Made by a program: the position numbers and the translations under genes. A stretch of 64,000 nucleotides of DNA from Azolla caroliniana. Its lineage: Eukaryota > Plantae > Polypodiophyta. The stretch is from the NCBI GenBank assembly GCA_043228905.1, contig JBHGNT010000014.1, forward strand, positions 14,818,001 to 14,882,000, given 5' to 3'. This document shows, piece by piece, positions 51,722-64,000 of this stretch. Below the pieces are notes generated by a model, which searched no databases, was not told the origin of the DNA, and was given only the letters and a program-made list of their open reading frames with translations. The stretch's first letter is position 1, and the number at the start of each line of letters is the position of its first letter.

Positions 51722-52186
51722 CCTTATGTTGAACCCCCTTGGGAGGGAGGTGGAGCCATTCTAGGCACCACCCCCCACCCTGCAATGCTTCTCAATGCTT
51801 GTCAACATCTTCATGATCTCTCTCACCATCATACTCTCCATCATCTTCATTATTACACCATGTCTATCTTCGTCATTATCAATCATCATTACCATTAACC
51901 CTAACCCTAAAACCTACAACAAAAACCTATTTCTAATCAATCAAATATTATGGGTGTTGTAATGGCTCAATGAGTAGATAAACTCCCTTGTGCTAGATTT
52001 CAATTCATAGTTTCACGGGATACCTTGACACTTCAAACCCCTCAAAAGCAAGTTAAGGATCATAGGGTGCATAAGTATGCAGGGAACTATCTGCTTTTAA
52101 AAAGACAAGCAAGAGCTCAAGAGGGTGCCCAAAAAAGGCCGTCAAGATGCTCTCCTTGAGAAAGGACACCAATAAAATCTATGTAA
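50297..52186 (+). pseudogene. LINE ORF1 (RRM/DUF4283-like region plus CCHC zinc knuckle), frameshifted and interrupted
   Basis: IQILGRNYYQVEF...IASTIGKVL; CFRCFGFGHLAKKC; TAA at 52184-52186 just before the ORF2 ATG. Confidence 0.85.
51442..51918. mobile_element. Probable solo-LTR-like insertion within LINE ORF1
   Basis: Compositional break with TGTA...TACA ends, a (CT)n run and a TATA-like ctatttaa; TSD not clearly resolved. Confidence 0.5.
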
Positions 52187-52187
52187 G

Positions 52188-55100
52188 ATGGACACCTTAC
52201 ATCTTCTTTCCTGGAATGTGCAAGGCCTGGGTGGTCAGGGTTTTCGTAGATTTAAATGACTCTTACGTGCGGATTTAGGTACTGCTAATGTAGTCACTAT
52301 TGATATTCTTTTTTTACAAGAGCATCACTTATGCATGGATAGGATTCGGAAGTATGGATCTATTTTACTAGGACGGTGGACTCAATTCTGGATTCCTGCC
52401 TTTGCCCCCACTGGCCGACAGGCTAGGTTATGCATTGCTATTAAACAACATTTGCAGTCTATCATTGTGTCAGCTACTACTATCGTGAATAAACAGGCAC
52501 AATTCCTTATTGTAAAAATAAGATCCCAAAAGGTTGGCCTTATGAATCTCTATGCCCCTAATTCAGCGACAGAAAGGGAAAAGTTATGGCTATCTCTTTC
52601 TGATTATGCGAGTTTAGCGGATTGTTGGTTGGTGGGAGGCGACTTTAATATGATCAAGGATGTTGCTGATAGAATGGGAGGTATAACTACTACAATTTCA
52701 GGATGGGAAGCTAAGTGTTGGGACTACTTTTGTTTTACCTATGGTTTGTTAAATTTATGGAAGGTGCACTCATTTTCACGTATACAAGGATCCCCTCAGT
52801 TTTCTAGATCAGATGGAAGTTTGGTTGCTACAAATTTGTCTCGACTAGATAGATTTTATGCTAGTAGTGTTTTTTGGGAAGCAGGTGGATCCATAGGAAT
52901 TATTCCGGGATCAGCTATCTATGATCACGATCCTCTGAAGTTACATGTTACATTTACTAAGAGGCAATACTCGAGGCAATTGTGTATCCCTCCTGCATTG
53001 TTATCTGATGATAATCATCGGATGTAAATCACTCAGATATGGTCAAATTACAATTTCTTGGATGACTGTTTGCTTAGCAATATGGTTCATGCCATACTCG
53101 ATACAAAGATTCTATTCACAAAAATAGTTTTAGCATATGTTTATCACTACAATTCAGAGATTGCTAACCTACGTCGTGCTCTTGCAACATTACAACAATT
53201 GTTGGAAAGGTATCCAACTTCATCTATATTATGTTGTGATTTGCAGCAAGTAAAAAACAGTTTAAAGGAAAAACAGGAAGCACACTCAATGTTCTTTTAC
53301 TATCGTAATGTTGCTTGCTGGTCACAAAGGCAAGATTGAGTCAATAAGGAATTCTTCAATCAGTTTAAATGGAAAACTAGACCTCCTTCTATTACTTCTT
53401 TGAAGCGGCTTGATGGATCCTATATGTCAGATGTCTCTATGATGCGAAGTATAATCTCAGATTATTATTATAACTTATTGTCTGCTGAATCTTTTACGAT
53501 AGACAATTTTAACAAGAAACAAGTTGTTCTTGCAACTATTGAACAAAAGGTTACAGATGTAATGGCCTCTCAGTTATTACAACCGTTTACATCTCAAGAG
53601 GTCTTTGCTGCGGCTAAATCCTTAGGTAAGGATGTTTGTCCAGGAAAAGATGGAATAGGAATTGGCTTCTATTTGCATTATTGGGATTTTCTTGGTCCTC
53701 TCCTTACTAGAGCAGTTAATTTAATATTCTCAACGGGTAATATGCCGACGGAATGGACAGAAGGAATCATATATATGAGTCCTAAATCGGATGCTCAATG
53801 TGATGAAGTTTCCAAGTGGCGGCCAATAACATTGCTTAATGTTGTGTATAAGATTGTGGCGAAAACTATGGCAGTTAGACTATGACTTGTATTGCCGTCT
53901 ATTATTCATGAAACATAATTTGGTTTTCTGCAAGATAGAAGTATTTTTTATAATATCTTTTTGTTCTGGGAAATGGTTGCATTAGCTCAACAACATAAAC
54001 AACAACTTGTAGTATTATTGCTTGACTTTGAAAAGGCATATGATAAAGTGGATTGGGACTTTCTTGAGGCAGTGCTGTCAAGATTAGGTTTTCCCGCCAC
54101 ATGGATAAAAAGTGTTTCATCCCTTTATCAATTAATGCAGTTAACTCCTAAGACAGGAGGAGCATGGTCACCCTCTCTAAAGTGGTTGTTCTTGAATGAC
54201 ATGAAAATGCCAAGGAGGAATCTTGCATCCAATAGATTTTTGCTAGGAATCATAAGAGCGTGGGATGCGATTAAATCATTTTTGCTACAGGACAAACCTT
54301 CTACTTGGGATGCATTACTTAATCAGCCTATGCTTGCCAATTCTCTATTTCGGGATAATGCAGGAAAAGTATTGGACCTGCGTACTCACCTTGATTGGGG
54401 TAAATTGGATAATGGGCCAGTTGCATTTGTAAGAACTTGGACTCATTTTCAACAAATGACGCAAGAAGATCGACTTGCATATCTACAATCAGTTCATGGT
54501 GCCAAGATAATGATGACCACCTTATCAACAACATATTCTTCATTTTTTACAACCTTCCAACCTAGCCAGGAACATCTATGGTTTGGATGCTTCACAAATG
54601 ATACATTAATGGTTGTTAAAGGCGTTTCACCTAATCGGTGCATTTCTTATTTTGAGGTCCTAGACAAAAATAGATTGCAATCTTATACCTTTGATTGCAA
54701 TTATCTACAGGACTTGCAAAGTGCACCAGTTAGAGTGGTTGCTAAAACTGGAAAGAAATGGATCCTTGATCCTTATCCATCAGTTGCTCATATGTGTGAT
54801 ATCTTCTGGCTATACACAAAAGATCCTATTGCAAGATTAACATGGGATTCAGGGGGTTGGATTTGGTCATACTCCTTGGGGGAAAAGATCGTAAAGGTCC
54901 CCTTCTTTCAGTACTCAGTAAAACTTGGAAGATCATTATTGCTCTCTCAGAATGTAACGATACCAGTAGCTCAGAAACATTGGGCCAATTGGGGTGTTTC
55001 CACTTTGCATTTGAGAACCTATTGGAAATGGATATGGTCATTCAAGGGGCCAACCAAATTTATTCTCTTTCGGTGGTTATTAGTGCATATGGCACTACCC

Positions 55101-55451
55101 GTTGGTCATTCATTGAAAGGGAATGTAGCACCCAATTTGTGGCAATGTGGCTTTTGCCATGAACCTCGGGAGACTACCAAGCATGTCCTATGGTCTTGTT
55201 CTTTTGCTCAACAAGTATGGAAGAAAGTCATGTCTTTATTCCTAACAATCAATGTAGGTTGCCTATTCTCATGGGGATCAGCGATGTGGGGAGTATTACA
55301 CTCTGGCTTGATGTTGTATGAGGCAAACGATGTTCATGAGGCAATGACAATACATAATAGAATATTGATATTAGTTAGTCCCTTCCAGCAACCTCACAAG
55401 CAGGTGCAATCTGTCCAAATTTGGAAAACTGTGACCACAATAACATTATGA
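52188..55451 (+). pseudogene. LINE ORF2 (AP endonuclease, truncated RT, zf-RVT) with premature stops
   Basis: SWNVQGL, LQE, NLYAPN, GGDFN, SRLDRFY, DH; PGKDG, WRPITLLN, LDFEKAYDKVDW; CGFC..ETTKHVLWSC. The QGxPLSP and YADD region is missing. Confidence 0.92.
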
Positions 55452-58059
55452 GCTTTATGGAAATATCGATGTAATCGACTTTATGATATGGGAGAACTTG
55501 CTGGCAATAGTCTGTGGCCAGTATGACAATATGCAGGGTTCCCCAGATACTGTGAACAAGAAAAGGAAAAAGCTTCTTCACTTATGGAAAAAGGTGCCCT
55601 TGTTTACAGTGTCAACTCAAGAACCTCAATGGCAATATCGACTTCCATGGACTCTTTCTTGAATATCAACAAATGTAAACATCCTTGTATTTTACAGCAT
55701 TGTATAGGAAAAGATGTAACCTCCTTGGTAACTAGGTTCAAGTTGTAGCGTTCGGGCGTTTTATTCTTAATACTATTGAAGAAAATCTTTTATATAAAAA
55801 AAAATATTTCCAATTAAAAATATTGGTCGGAAAAAATATAATGTAAGAAACATGGTCATATTGTAATTTGTGGGGATCCACTCTTTATTAGGTAGGAATG
55901 ACTAATGACCAATGGGCATGTAATGTGAAAGGGACTCTTTAGGTTTTCTAACTTCTATGAAAGGGGCAAGCAATCTCACATAAAAAAGGTCATTTTGTGC
56001 TCTAAATTTGGGGCTGATTTTGGTGCTCATTCTCTTGTCTTTGCAATTTCTAAGATTCACGTTCCTTCATGAAGCTTTTCCACGCTGATTTTTTGAGATA
56101 TATTTGGTTTTTAATTCATAACTATCAATTTAATTGAGACACCTCATGTGTTTCTTAGATAGTAATTATCAACTTAATAAATGAGTGTAGTGATTAGGTG
56201 TGTGTTGGTTTTCGATTAACTTAAGAATCCTTCTAAGCTTTCTTGATTGCATATAGCGGAGATGTAACTACTTTTATGTGTTAATATATCGCATGATTGT
56301 TGCCATTGGGGATTGATAAACCCCGATTCCTTGACAAGGCCACCATGAGGAAGGTGGCACTTTAGGGTTCAATTGTGACCCTCGAAAGTGATGCCTTGAG
56401 ATTTGAGTATTGTTGGTCCCTTCATAGAAACTCAATTGATTGGCGTCATTGTTAGGGACATGAGGACAAGTCTTGGCATAGGGTTAAGATCATGGGAGAT
56501 TGAATGTGTTAGCTTTAGGATAAAGTGAAGAAAGATAAGAATGAGTGAGAGACATGTGAGTGAAGGTTCACAAAGTTAGCTACTTAGGAGTGATTAACAA
56601 CCACTCTCGCTTGACTCGCCATCAACATGTTATATAGCTGTCCAAACCCTCAACTTACAATATTGATGTGGTGGCAAAACTTCACCAATACAAAGACGTG
56701 CACACAGTAAGAACACAAAGAACCAACATAACAATATGTATTCCCACCAACATAACAATATATAGCATCTTGTTAATGATGAGGTTCAACCTTGTTTTGT
56801 ATCTATTACTCCTTGTTTACATTCTTTTTTTCCACAATGTAACGCTATCATCATGGGAACTGAGATAAATTATCTTTTGATAGCATGGAAGTGTGTGTTT
56901 TACACCCACATACACACACCTATTACGTCAAAATGTTCAAATAACTAGTAGCACTTATCAAAATTTTCCTTTCTTTATAAAATTGAGCATTCAAGAATAT
57001 GCCGTAATAAATTATAGTGATTCAGATTCAATTTCGTTTAAACATTATGAATTCAAGGGCCCTCCCTCTTGTTGGATGAGAGGGAATATTATCGAGGAGC
57101 AAGAACTCGTAAGGATAAACATTATGCTACAATATAAGTTTGTCCACGATGAATTGAAAACTTAATGTGTTTTGGGTAAGTAAACACAATCGTGTACTTT
57201 AGCCTTCCTTATAGGTGACAAAATTGTGATTGACATAGTATTGTGCAAAAGATGGACACAAGGTTCCACGTAACAACAAATAAACTATTTGTTATATTTT
57301 GATGGATCTCCCTAATGGGGTCATGATTATTATCATAATATTATACAACCAATACGCCAAATTCAATTAGTAAAGACGTTCATTTCTTTTATCATACTTT
57401 TTTTTTAAAATCATTCATTTTTCTCAATGTGCGTGAGTAGGCAATTGAACAAGACAAATTCTTTTGGTTAACAATTAAAAAGCATACCTTGTTAAAGGGG
57501 TTGGGGCGACCAAGGGTGAAGTTGGTAGGAACATACAAGGGAAAAGAGAATCACATTTCTATGGGGGCAATGGATATCAATGCAAATCTCATGTTTAATT
57601 ACTGACACTAGATATCAAGAATTGATGAGACTTTTGGTCATGAAGTCCCATAGGAGTCTAGTTCTTGTCCCATGGAGTGTCATCAAATTAGAGATTGCTC
57701 AATTGGATTTCTAGTTCTTGTCGTGTCGTAGAACACCTTGTGTACACATCATTCACAATTATGTTTGTTGGATCATTGCCCTTTGTTTGAGTTTCGATCA
57801 TAGAAGGTTCCAATAAGCATTCATATACATCTTGTAGTGTGTTTTTCGGTTGCATTCGTACGCACCTTGTCACCACCCCTATGAGTGCTACGAAATCTAG
57901 TTGAGATTGTTGCAATGAAGGAGGGCAAAATGAGACATCAAAATTATGTGTATAAATTACATATACATATAGACCGATGATTTATTTGCAAAGTTTGGGA
58001 AATGATTTACATAAAAGATTGAATGTAAGGAAGGTCTGGATCATAAGTAAATGATCTTC

Positions 58060-58625
58060 AATGAATGGGTGGAATGATTGCCATCAAATTAGAGATTGCC
58101 CAATTGGATGGATGGATGGGTTGGGGTGTCATCCAATTAGAGTTTGCCCAATTGGATGGACGATTACTATCAAACTAGTTAGAGATTTCCTAATTGGATG
58201 GATGGATGGATTGGAGTGTCATCAAAATAGAGATCAATTGCCCAATTGGATGAATGGATGAAAGGGTTGGAGTGTTATCAAATTAGAGATTGCTCAATTG
58301 GATTGATGGATGGATTGGACTGTCATCAAATTAGAGATTGCCCAATTGGATGAATGGATGAATGGGTTGAAGTGTCATCAAATTAGAGATTGCCCAATTG
58401 GATGAATGGATGAATGGATGGAGTGTCATCAAATTAGAGATTGCTCAATTGGATTGATGGATGGATGGATTGGAGAGTGTCATCAAATTAGAGATTGCCC
58501 AATTGGATGAATGGATGGATTGGATGGAGTGTCATCAAATTAGAGATTGCTCAATTAGATTGATGGATGGAAGAATGGGTTGGATTGATTTAGAATTAGA
58601 GTTTGCCCAATTGGTCATGGATGGA
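58060..58625. repeat. ~42-46-bp minisatellite (about 12 units) in the cyclin 3' UTR, overlapping the stop codon
   Basis: Unit gtcatcaaattagagattgcccaattggatgaatggatgg; the terminal unit coincides with codons IHDQLGKL*. Confidence 0.9.
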
Positions 58626-61600
58626 TGGAGGGAGAGGATCAAGGGTAGCAACAGAGTGGAAGTTAGGGTTTGAATACTTGTTATGCACAACTCTGAGGGT
58701 CTCTTCTCCACCACTCCTCCTATGGAAAGAAACCATCTTCATTGCACAATCCCTATAATATGATTCATGGAACCAAAAAACAAAGAAATAAGCATTACAA
58801 GCATCATTCATGATTAGGGGGAGCCATTGATCGCGTGATTAGCGCTTGCTAATCGTGCGATAATTAAGGAAATGTCAGGTAAAACACACAATTAAATGTC
58901 TTAGAAATGATTCAGACAGAGACCTTAAGTGCATCTCGGTGAAGCCCGAATGGTGTTGTAGAGCAGGGGTCCAGCAGGGCGTATTCCTGCGCAGTGTCCG
59001 GGCGGCAGTGTAGACAGCTGCTGCGGCCAGGAGGGAAGGACAGTACCTCACCATACAATACTCAGTCATGCACAACTCTAGCAAGAAGAATGCCATCATC
59101 TCTAGCTGCAAAGCCCCCCCTCACTCAAATTCAGACATGAATACATTCAATACATTCCAGATGGGTCATTGGTATGATTCGCTTACGGATCGAATCACAT
59201 AAGATCAAGCTAATTGATCGATCAATCAATCAATCTAATCAATCGATGAATCAAGCTAATTGATTGATCGATCAATCAATCAATAATTCAATTACCTGTG
59301 CATTGTTACTAATGTGATGAGAGCCTGATTCTGATGACATGGCTGCCTTCAGGAATCTCACAAGGAAGACATAAGGAGTAGGCCATGAGAGCTTGAAGCC
59401 AAGCTTATTCAGCATCTCCTTCTCCTGTATGTACAACACCCCACCCATTATATATAAAAAAGAAAATAGCCAATCAAAACCCACCCAAATCTCGTGATTG
59501 ATTCATTCGATTCATTCGATTGTAGGAGGCATTAAATTTAATCGCCACAGTCTACATACAGATTAAGGGCCTTCATTACCATGTGAAGGACATGATCCCT
59601 TGTATAGGCCTTGTCGGAGATGAACACGAAGTCTTGGACCTCGGGCGCCCAAATCTCTTCGTATTTTGCTGCAATGAGCATGGCAGTTATACCGACAAGC
59701 TGGAGATTCTTCCTCGGAACAGATTCCGAGCACACGAGGAAGCGATCGATCAAATTCACAGTCAAGAAGAGCGTCTCGGGCATGAATTTGAACCTCAAAT
59801 GCACCTGAGTATATGTATGATCCATGTGTAAACCATTTTTTTACTAATGACTACTAATTAATGGCATAAATTAGCAATAAATATGTGCATCTAGGGATTA
59901 AATTAATATCGACTTTGTAAGCTACTAATTAATCGCATAAATTAGCAATAAACTTGTGCATCCCAGGGATTAAATTAATATTGACTTTGTAAGCTACTAA
60001 TTAATCGCATAAATTAGCAATAGACATGTGCATCCCAGGGATTAATTAATAATAATATCGACTTGTAAGCATACTAATTAATCTCATTAGCAATAAACAT
60101 GTGCATCTAGGGATTAAATTAATATTGACTTCATAAGCTGCTAATTAATCGCATAAATTAGCAATAAACATGCGCATCCCAGGGGTTAATTAACAAATAT
60201 CTCAGGCTTGTAAGCAATACTGAGTAGCAAATACTCACTTCGATCAACCAATCAATTAGAATTGCCCGCATCTTCTCGTTGATGTCAGGTTGGCGAGTCT
60301 TCATATAATCTTCCGAAACACAACTCTGCATCTAATCCAAGGGCAATCCGCATAGTTTAAAACCAATTGAAAAACAAATACTGACAATATAATTCTGCTT
60401 TCTTTGGCCAAGATTTTTGTACCCACCTCGGATTTCCGATAGAAATCATGGATGTCTTCAATGTAATCAACGGCAGCCAAAGGGTTACCGATGTCTTGTT
60501 CATCAATATTAGGCGATTTGGGCAGAAAATCCAGCTGATCAGCTTCTTGCATCTCTACTTCATTGGAAACAGCACATGATCCTAATAACCCCCCTTTTGC
60601 CGCCATTGGCGATCTTAATGCAGTCAAATCCCCAGTGACAGTAACTGAATGCTTCTTCTGTCGATCCATTGGTTTATTATTATTATTATTATTATCATGA
60701 ATGTTTTCACACCCCATTATGCGCCGTTGCTTTGTTAATCGCACCGCAGACAAGATCGAATCCCCCTCTTCCTCATGTAATTTCTGCGATTCAACGAATG
60801 CTTGTTTGAATTTGAGGGATTATTGTTGGAATTTAATGGGATTGTTGTTGGAATTTAAGGGATTATTGTTTGAATTTAAGGGATTATTGTTGGAATTTAA
60901 TGGGATTATTGTTGGAATTTAAGGGATTATTGTTTGAATTTAAAGGGTGATTAATCGATTAGGAGTAGGAGTAGCTACAATTCGGCCAAGAATTAGAATA
61001 TTTTCACACAAAACTAACGGCTCAAAATCTACGTTGATTTTGTACACTCAGCTCACCTTGATCCGTCGGGTACTCTTATTAGCCAGTGTGGGTGTAGCCG
61101 AGGATTTCCTGTGGATTAATCAAATTTAATTACGGAATGGACAATTGATCAAATTCATGGATTGAATCAAAATAATTTACTAGTCAGAAGTTGGATCAAG
61201 TAATGAATGGTATTAATCTCACTCGCGATAATGCTGCTTTGCCATCGATCCGTTCTCTGTCCCTATGCATTGGGCCCGGCCGAGAACACCCACGAGATTC
61301 CCGATGTCCCCCAGAGTTGTTCTTCTATGGGCCGCTATTTTGGAGATTAACAAAACAAGTTTAATCATCTTACACGTTTGGATTAACATCCAAAAGATTC
61401 TAATTCCGAAAATATTCAATGATTAGGGAAAAAGAAGAAGATTCCTAAAGATTCAGCACCTGTTGGCCCGGGGCGATGAATATTCTGGAGATCCTTGCCA
61501 GCATTTTCTCTACTCCCGCCTTTTTTCCTGTGAATCTCATCTTTCAGATTCAGCTGAAGAAAAAAAAAAAGACGATTAGAATGATTTAGTTATTCATTCA

Positions 61601-61740
61601 TTGATTTAGAATGATTTAGTATGATTTAGCAAACAATGAAGTAATTGATCCGGAATCTCCCCGCTTTCTGATCAATTGGAAGATTCATAAGAATTGAAAT
61701 GAATGAATGGATTACTTACCTCGGTCTCTGCATGATCCAT
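58596..61740 (-). CDS. CYCB: B-type mitotic cyclin (10 coding exons)
   Basis: Exons 61740-61720, 61553-61460, 61334-61223, 61108-61057, 60783-60427, 60331-60239, 59804-59580, 59424-59296, 59105-58924, 58752-58596. D-box RTTLGDIGN; cyclin box INEKMRAILIDWLIEVH, PETLFLTVNLIDRFL, LQLVG, KYEEIWAP, PTPYVFLVRFLKA. The first two exons are less certain. Confidence 0.95.
59850..60215. repeat. Intronic ~70-bp minisatellite
   Basis: ctactaattaatcgcataaattagcaataaacatgtgcatc..agggatta repeated about 5 times. Confidence 0.85.
60805..60947. repeat. Intronic 21-23-bp minisatellite
   Basis: gggattattgttggaatttaa repeated about 6-7 times. Confidence 0.9.
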
Positions 61741-61935
61741 GTGGCGATGGAGGATTGCGTTTTATATATATACAGAGACAGCGAGAATGTTGTTGTTATT
61801 TTTTTTGTTAAAAACAATACAGCTCGAAATGGAGTTAATTTCTTGAGGTATGGAAGGAATGTGAGAGAGGGAGAGGATTGTATATACTTGTGATCGAGAT
61901 TTAAATTTTAGCTCTGCATAAACAGGGGATTAAAA

Positions 61936-62112
61936 CAGAAGAAGAAGAAGAAGAAGAAGAAGAAGGGAATGGAGAAGAGAGAAAGAGAGACAGAGGAAGG
62001 AAGAGGAAGAAGGTGTGTGTGTTCTTCTTCTTTTTTATCTTCTCTGTTTCTTCGTCTTCTTCCATTGGACTGTTGTGGAGGCAGAAGAGACAGCCAGAGC
62101 AGAGAACAGAGA

Positions 62113-62153
<41 letters not shown>

Positions 62154-62778
62154 GAACAGAGCAGAGAAGAGAAGAGAGAGAAAGAGAACAGAGCAAAGAA
62201 TAAGAGAGTGAGAGTGAGAGAGAGAACAGAGAAGGGAAGAGAGAGAAAGAAAACAGAGCAGAGAAGAGAGAGAAAGAAAACGGAGCAGAGAAGAGAGAGA
62301 AAGAAAACAGAGCAGAGAAGAGAGAGAAAGAAAACAGAGCAGAGAAGAGAGAGAAAGAGAACAGAGCAAAGAGAGAGAGAGAGAGAACAGAGAAGAGAAG
62401 AGAGAGAACAGAGAAGAGAAGAGAGAGAACAGAGCAGAGAAGAGAGAGAAAGAGAACAGAGCAAAGAGAGAGAGAGAGAACAGAGCAGAGAAGAGAGAGA
62501 AAGGCAGAGAAGAGAAGAGAGAGAAAGAGAACAGAGCAAAGAGAGAGAGAGAGAACAGAGCAGAGAAGAGAGAGAAAGAGAACAGAGCAGAGAAAAGAGA
62601 GAGAGAGAGAGAGAGAGAACAGAGCAGAGAAGAGAGAGAAAGAGAACAGAGCAAAGAGAGAGAGAGAACAGAGCAGAGAAGAGAGAGAAAGAGAACAGAG
62701 GAGAGAGAGAAGCGAGAAGAGAGAGAAAGAGAACATAGGGGAGGAGAGAGAAAGAGAATGGAGAAGAGAGAGAGAGGG
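61936..62778. repeat. AG-rich compound repeat (~27-bp units) between the cyclin ATG and its MSA-like motifs
   Basis: 62100-62735 is almost T-free on the + strand; unit aacagagcagagaagagagagaaaga. Confidence 0.95.
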
Positions 62779-62780
62779 GG

Positions 62781-62900
62781 CTCTAACGGGTAAAGCAGAG
62801 TCAACTGTGAACCAATGAAGACCGTCCGATCCAAGGAGTATGGACGGCTCAGATCTGATCTCGGATCCCCCCCCCCCCCCCCCTACATCCTAACGGCTCG
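62781..62900. promoter_or_regulatory. Cluster of MSA-like (MYB3R-binding) G2/M elements
   Basis: ctctAACGGgta (62781), cctAACGGctc (about 62889), ggacggctcagatc and ccgtccgatc variants, upstream of a cyclin B gene; MSA/AACGG control of plant CYCB is established. Confidence 0.7.
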
Positions 62901-63419
62901 CTCTCTCTATCCACATTCATTTACATAATTCATTCATTCCCATTATTTCCCCTTTTTATTTTATTTTATTTTATTTATTTTATTTTTCATTTTTTGACGA
63001 CTCTTTTTCTTTTATTCGCTTTTTTTTTTCCATCTGACCCCATCCATATCTTTAATTATCCACCTTTTATTTTATTTTATTTTATTATCGGTCCCGCTGA
63101 CGTGGCCCCGCGACGCATCCTGATTGGACGACGCTCTTTTGCCGTTCTAAAAACTGGAAGAAGGAAGGAAAGGAAAAAGGAGATACGTAAAATCAATCAA
63201 ATTAATTAATGACTACTTTATTAATTTAAATCAAAAATAAATAAATAAACTTTTAACTTCGGGCTTCTGTGTGGGGGGGGGGGGGGGCGCTTTTATTGGG
63301 TCATGCTCTGTTTCATTTATTTTCCTCACTTTTTATTTTGCTCCTTTTCCTTCTTCTTCTTTTTGTCCCCTAAGGTTTAGGTGTCCTTTTTGTTTTAATG
63401 TCATCGAATGTATCGAATG

Positions 63420-63605
63420 TATATGTGTAATGTGCGTAATGTATGTGTGTAATGTATGCGTGTAATGTATGTGTGTAATGTATACTAATGACAGGATATC
63501 TTCTTCTTTTTAAATATATGTATATGTATATATATATGTATACAGTATACAGTATATGTATATGTATATGTATTTGTATATGTATGTGTGTGTGTAATGT
63601 ATGTA
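63420..63605. repeat. (TATG/TG/TA)n low-complexity repeat
   Basis: Direct reading of the sequence. Confidence 0.85.
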
Positions 63606-64000
63606 CATTCATTGCTCATCTCCCACCCACTTTGTGTTGTCCACAGTCATCTCCATCGTTATTATCACAACCATTTGTTTTTCTCGATACCGTGACCATT
63701 CATTCGCTTTCCTTGATCCTAGAACCACCACTTGTTCTTCCTCGTTGAAACAACCTCCCCAACTGTACGTTATTTCCTGAGAAAAGAAACTTCTAAAACT
63801 GCGAATGATCTTTCTGGAAGTCACATGGAATCTAGAGCGAGAGTCTGTTTGTTGAACTTTTTTGCACCGAAAATCGGATTACCCTTAAAAAGATTCCGAC
63901 CAAATCATTTTTGCTTTTATTGTGGTCGATGGACCACGCGCGAATTGAGAAATATATTTGTATTTCCATTCCTCCATCGAGATCTCGATATGTTCTCTAT

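Larger units (their letters stand above)
50091..55802 (+). mobile_element. Near full-length degenerate L1 LINE
   Basis: 13-bp TSD aatatttccaatt (50078-50090 / 55803-55815); poly(A); ORF1 and ORF2 remnants. Confidence 0.95.

Noticed and set aside
57688-57915. ORF faintly resembling a receptor-kinase C-terminus (TRCVRMQPKNTLQDV)
   Set aside because: No upstream kinase subdomains found; similarity too weak to call.
58060-58625. Regularly spaced repeats resembling a CRISPR array (also 25240-25640 and 37805-38020)
   Set aside because: No unique spacers, no cas genes and a eukaryotic context; these are minisatellites.
61901-62834. Long Leu/Ser/Phe-rich and Arg/Glu-rich ORFs
   Set aside because: Artefacts of a stop-free AG/CT simple repeat.

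Overview
AT-rich, intron-containing land-plant nuclear DNA; the repeat landscape suggests a fern or other seed-free plant (inference). Five spliced genes can be reconstructed exon by exon: a Sec14/CRAL-TRIO lipid-transfer protein (+), a small conserved plant protein of unknown function (+), a type-II pectin methylesterase (-), a DGD1-type digalactosyldiacylglycerol synthase (-) and a B-type cyclin with MSA-like promoter motifs (-). There is also an intronless 352-aa poly-Asp orphan ORF. Intergenic space holds a copia RT remnant, a gag-only tRNA-Trp-primed LTR element and a related solo LTR, a 1.3-kb tRNA-Ala-primed Ty3/gypsy derivative with a 4-bp TSD and non-plant-looking integrase motifs, several L1 LINE copies with TSDs, three hAT MITEs, and many short tandem duplications and minisatellites. 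The most notable observation is that two divergent LTR families share an antisense tRNA-like module (Pol III A/B boxes, covarying D-stem) in U3, reminiscent of the 5S module in Cassandra LTRs. All alignments and translations were done by eye; no database search was run.
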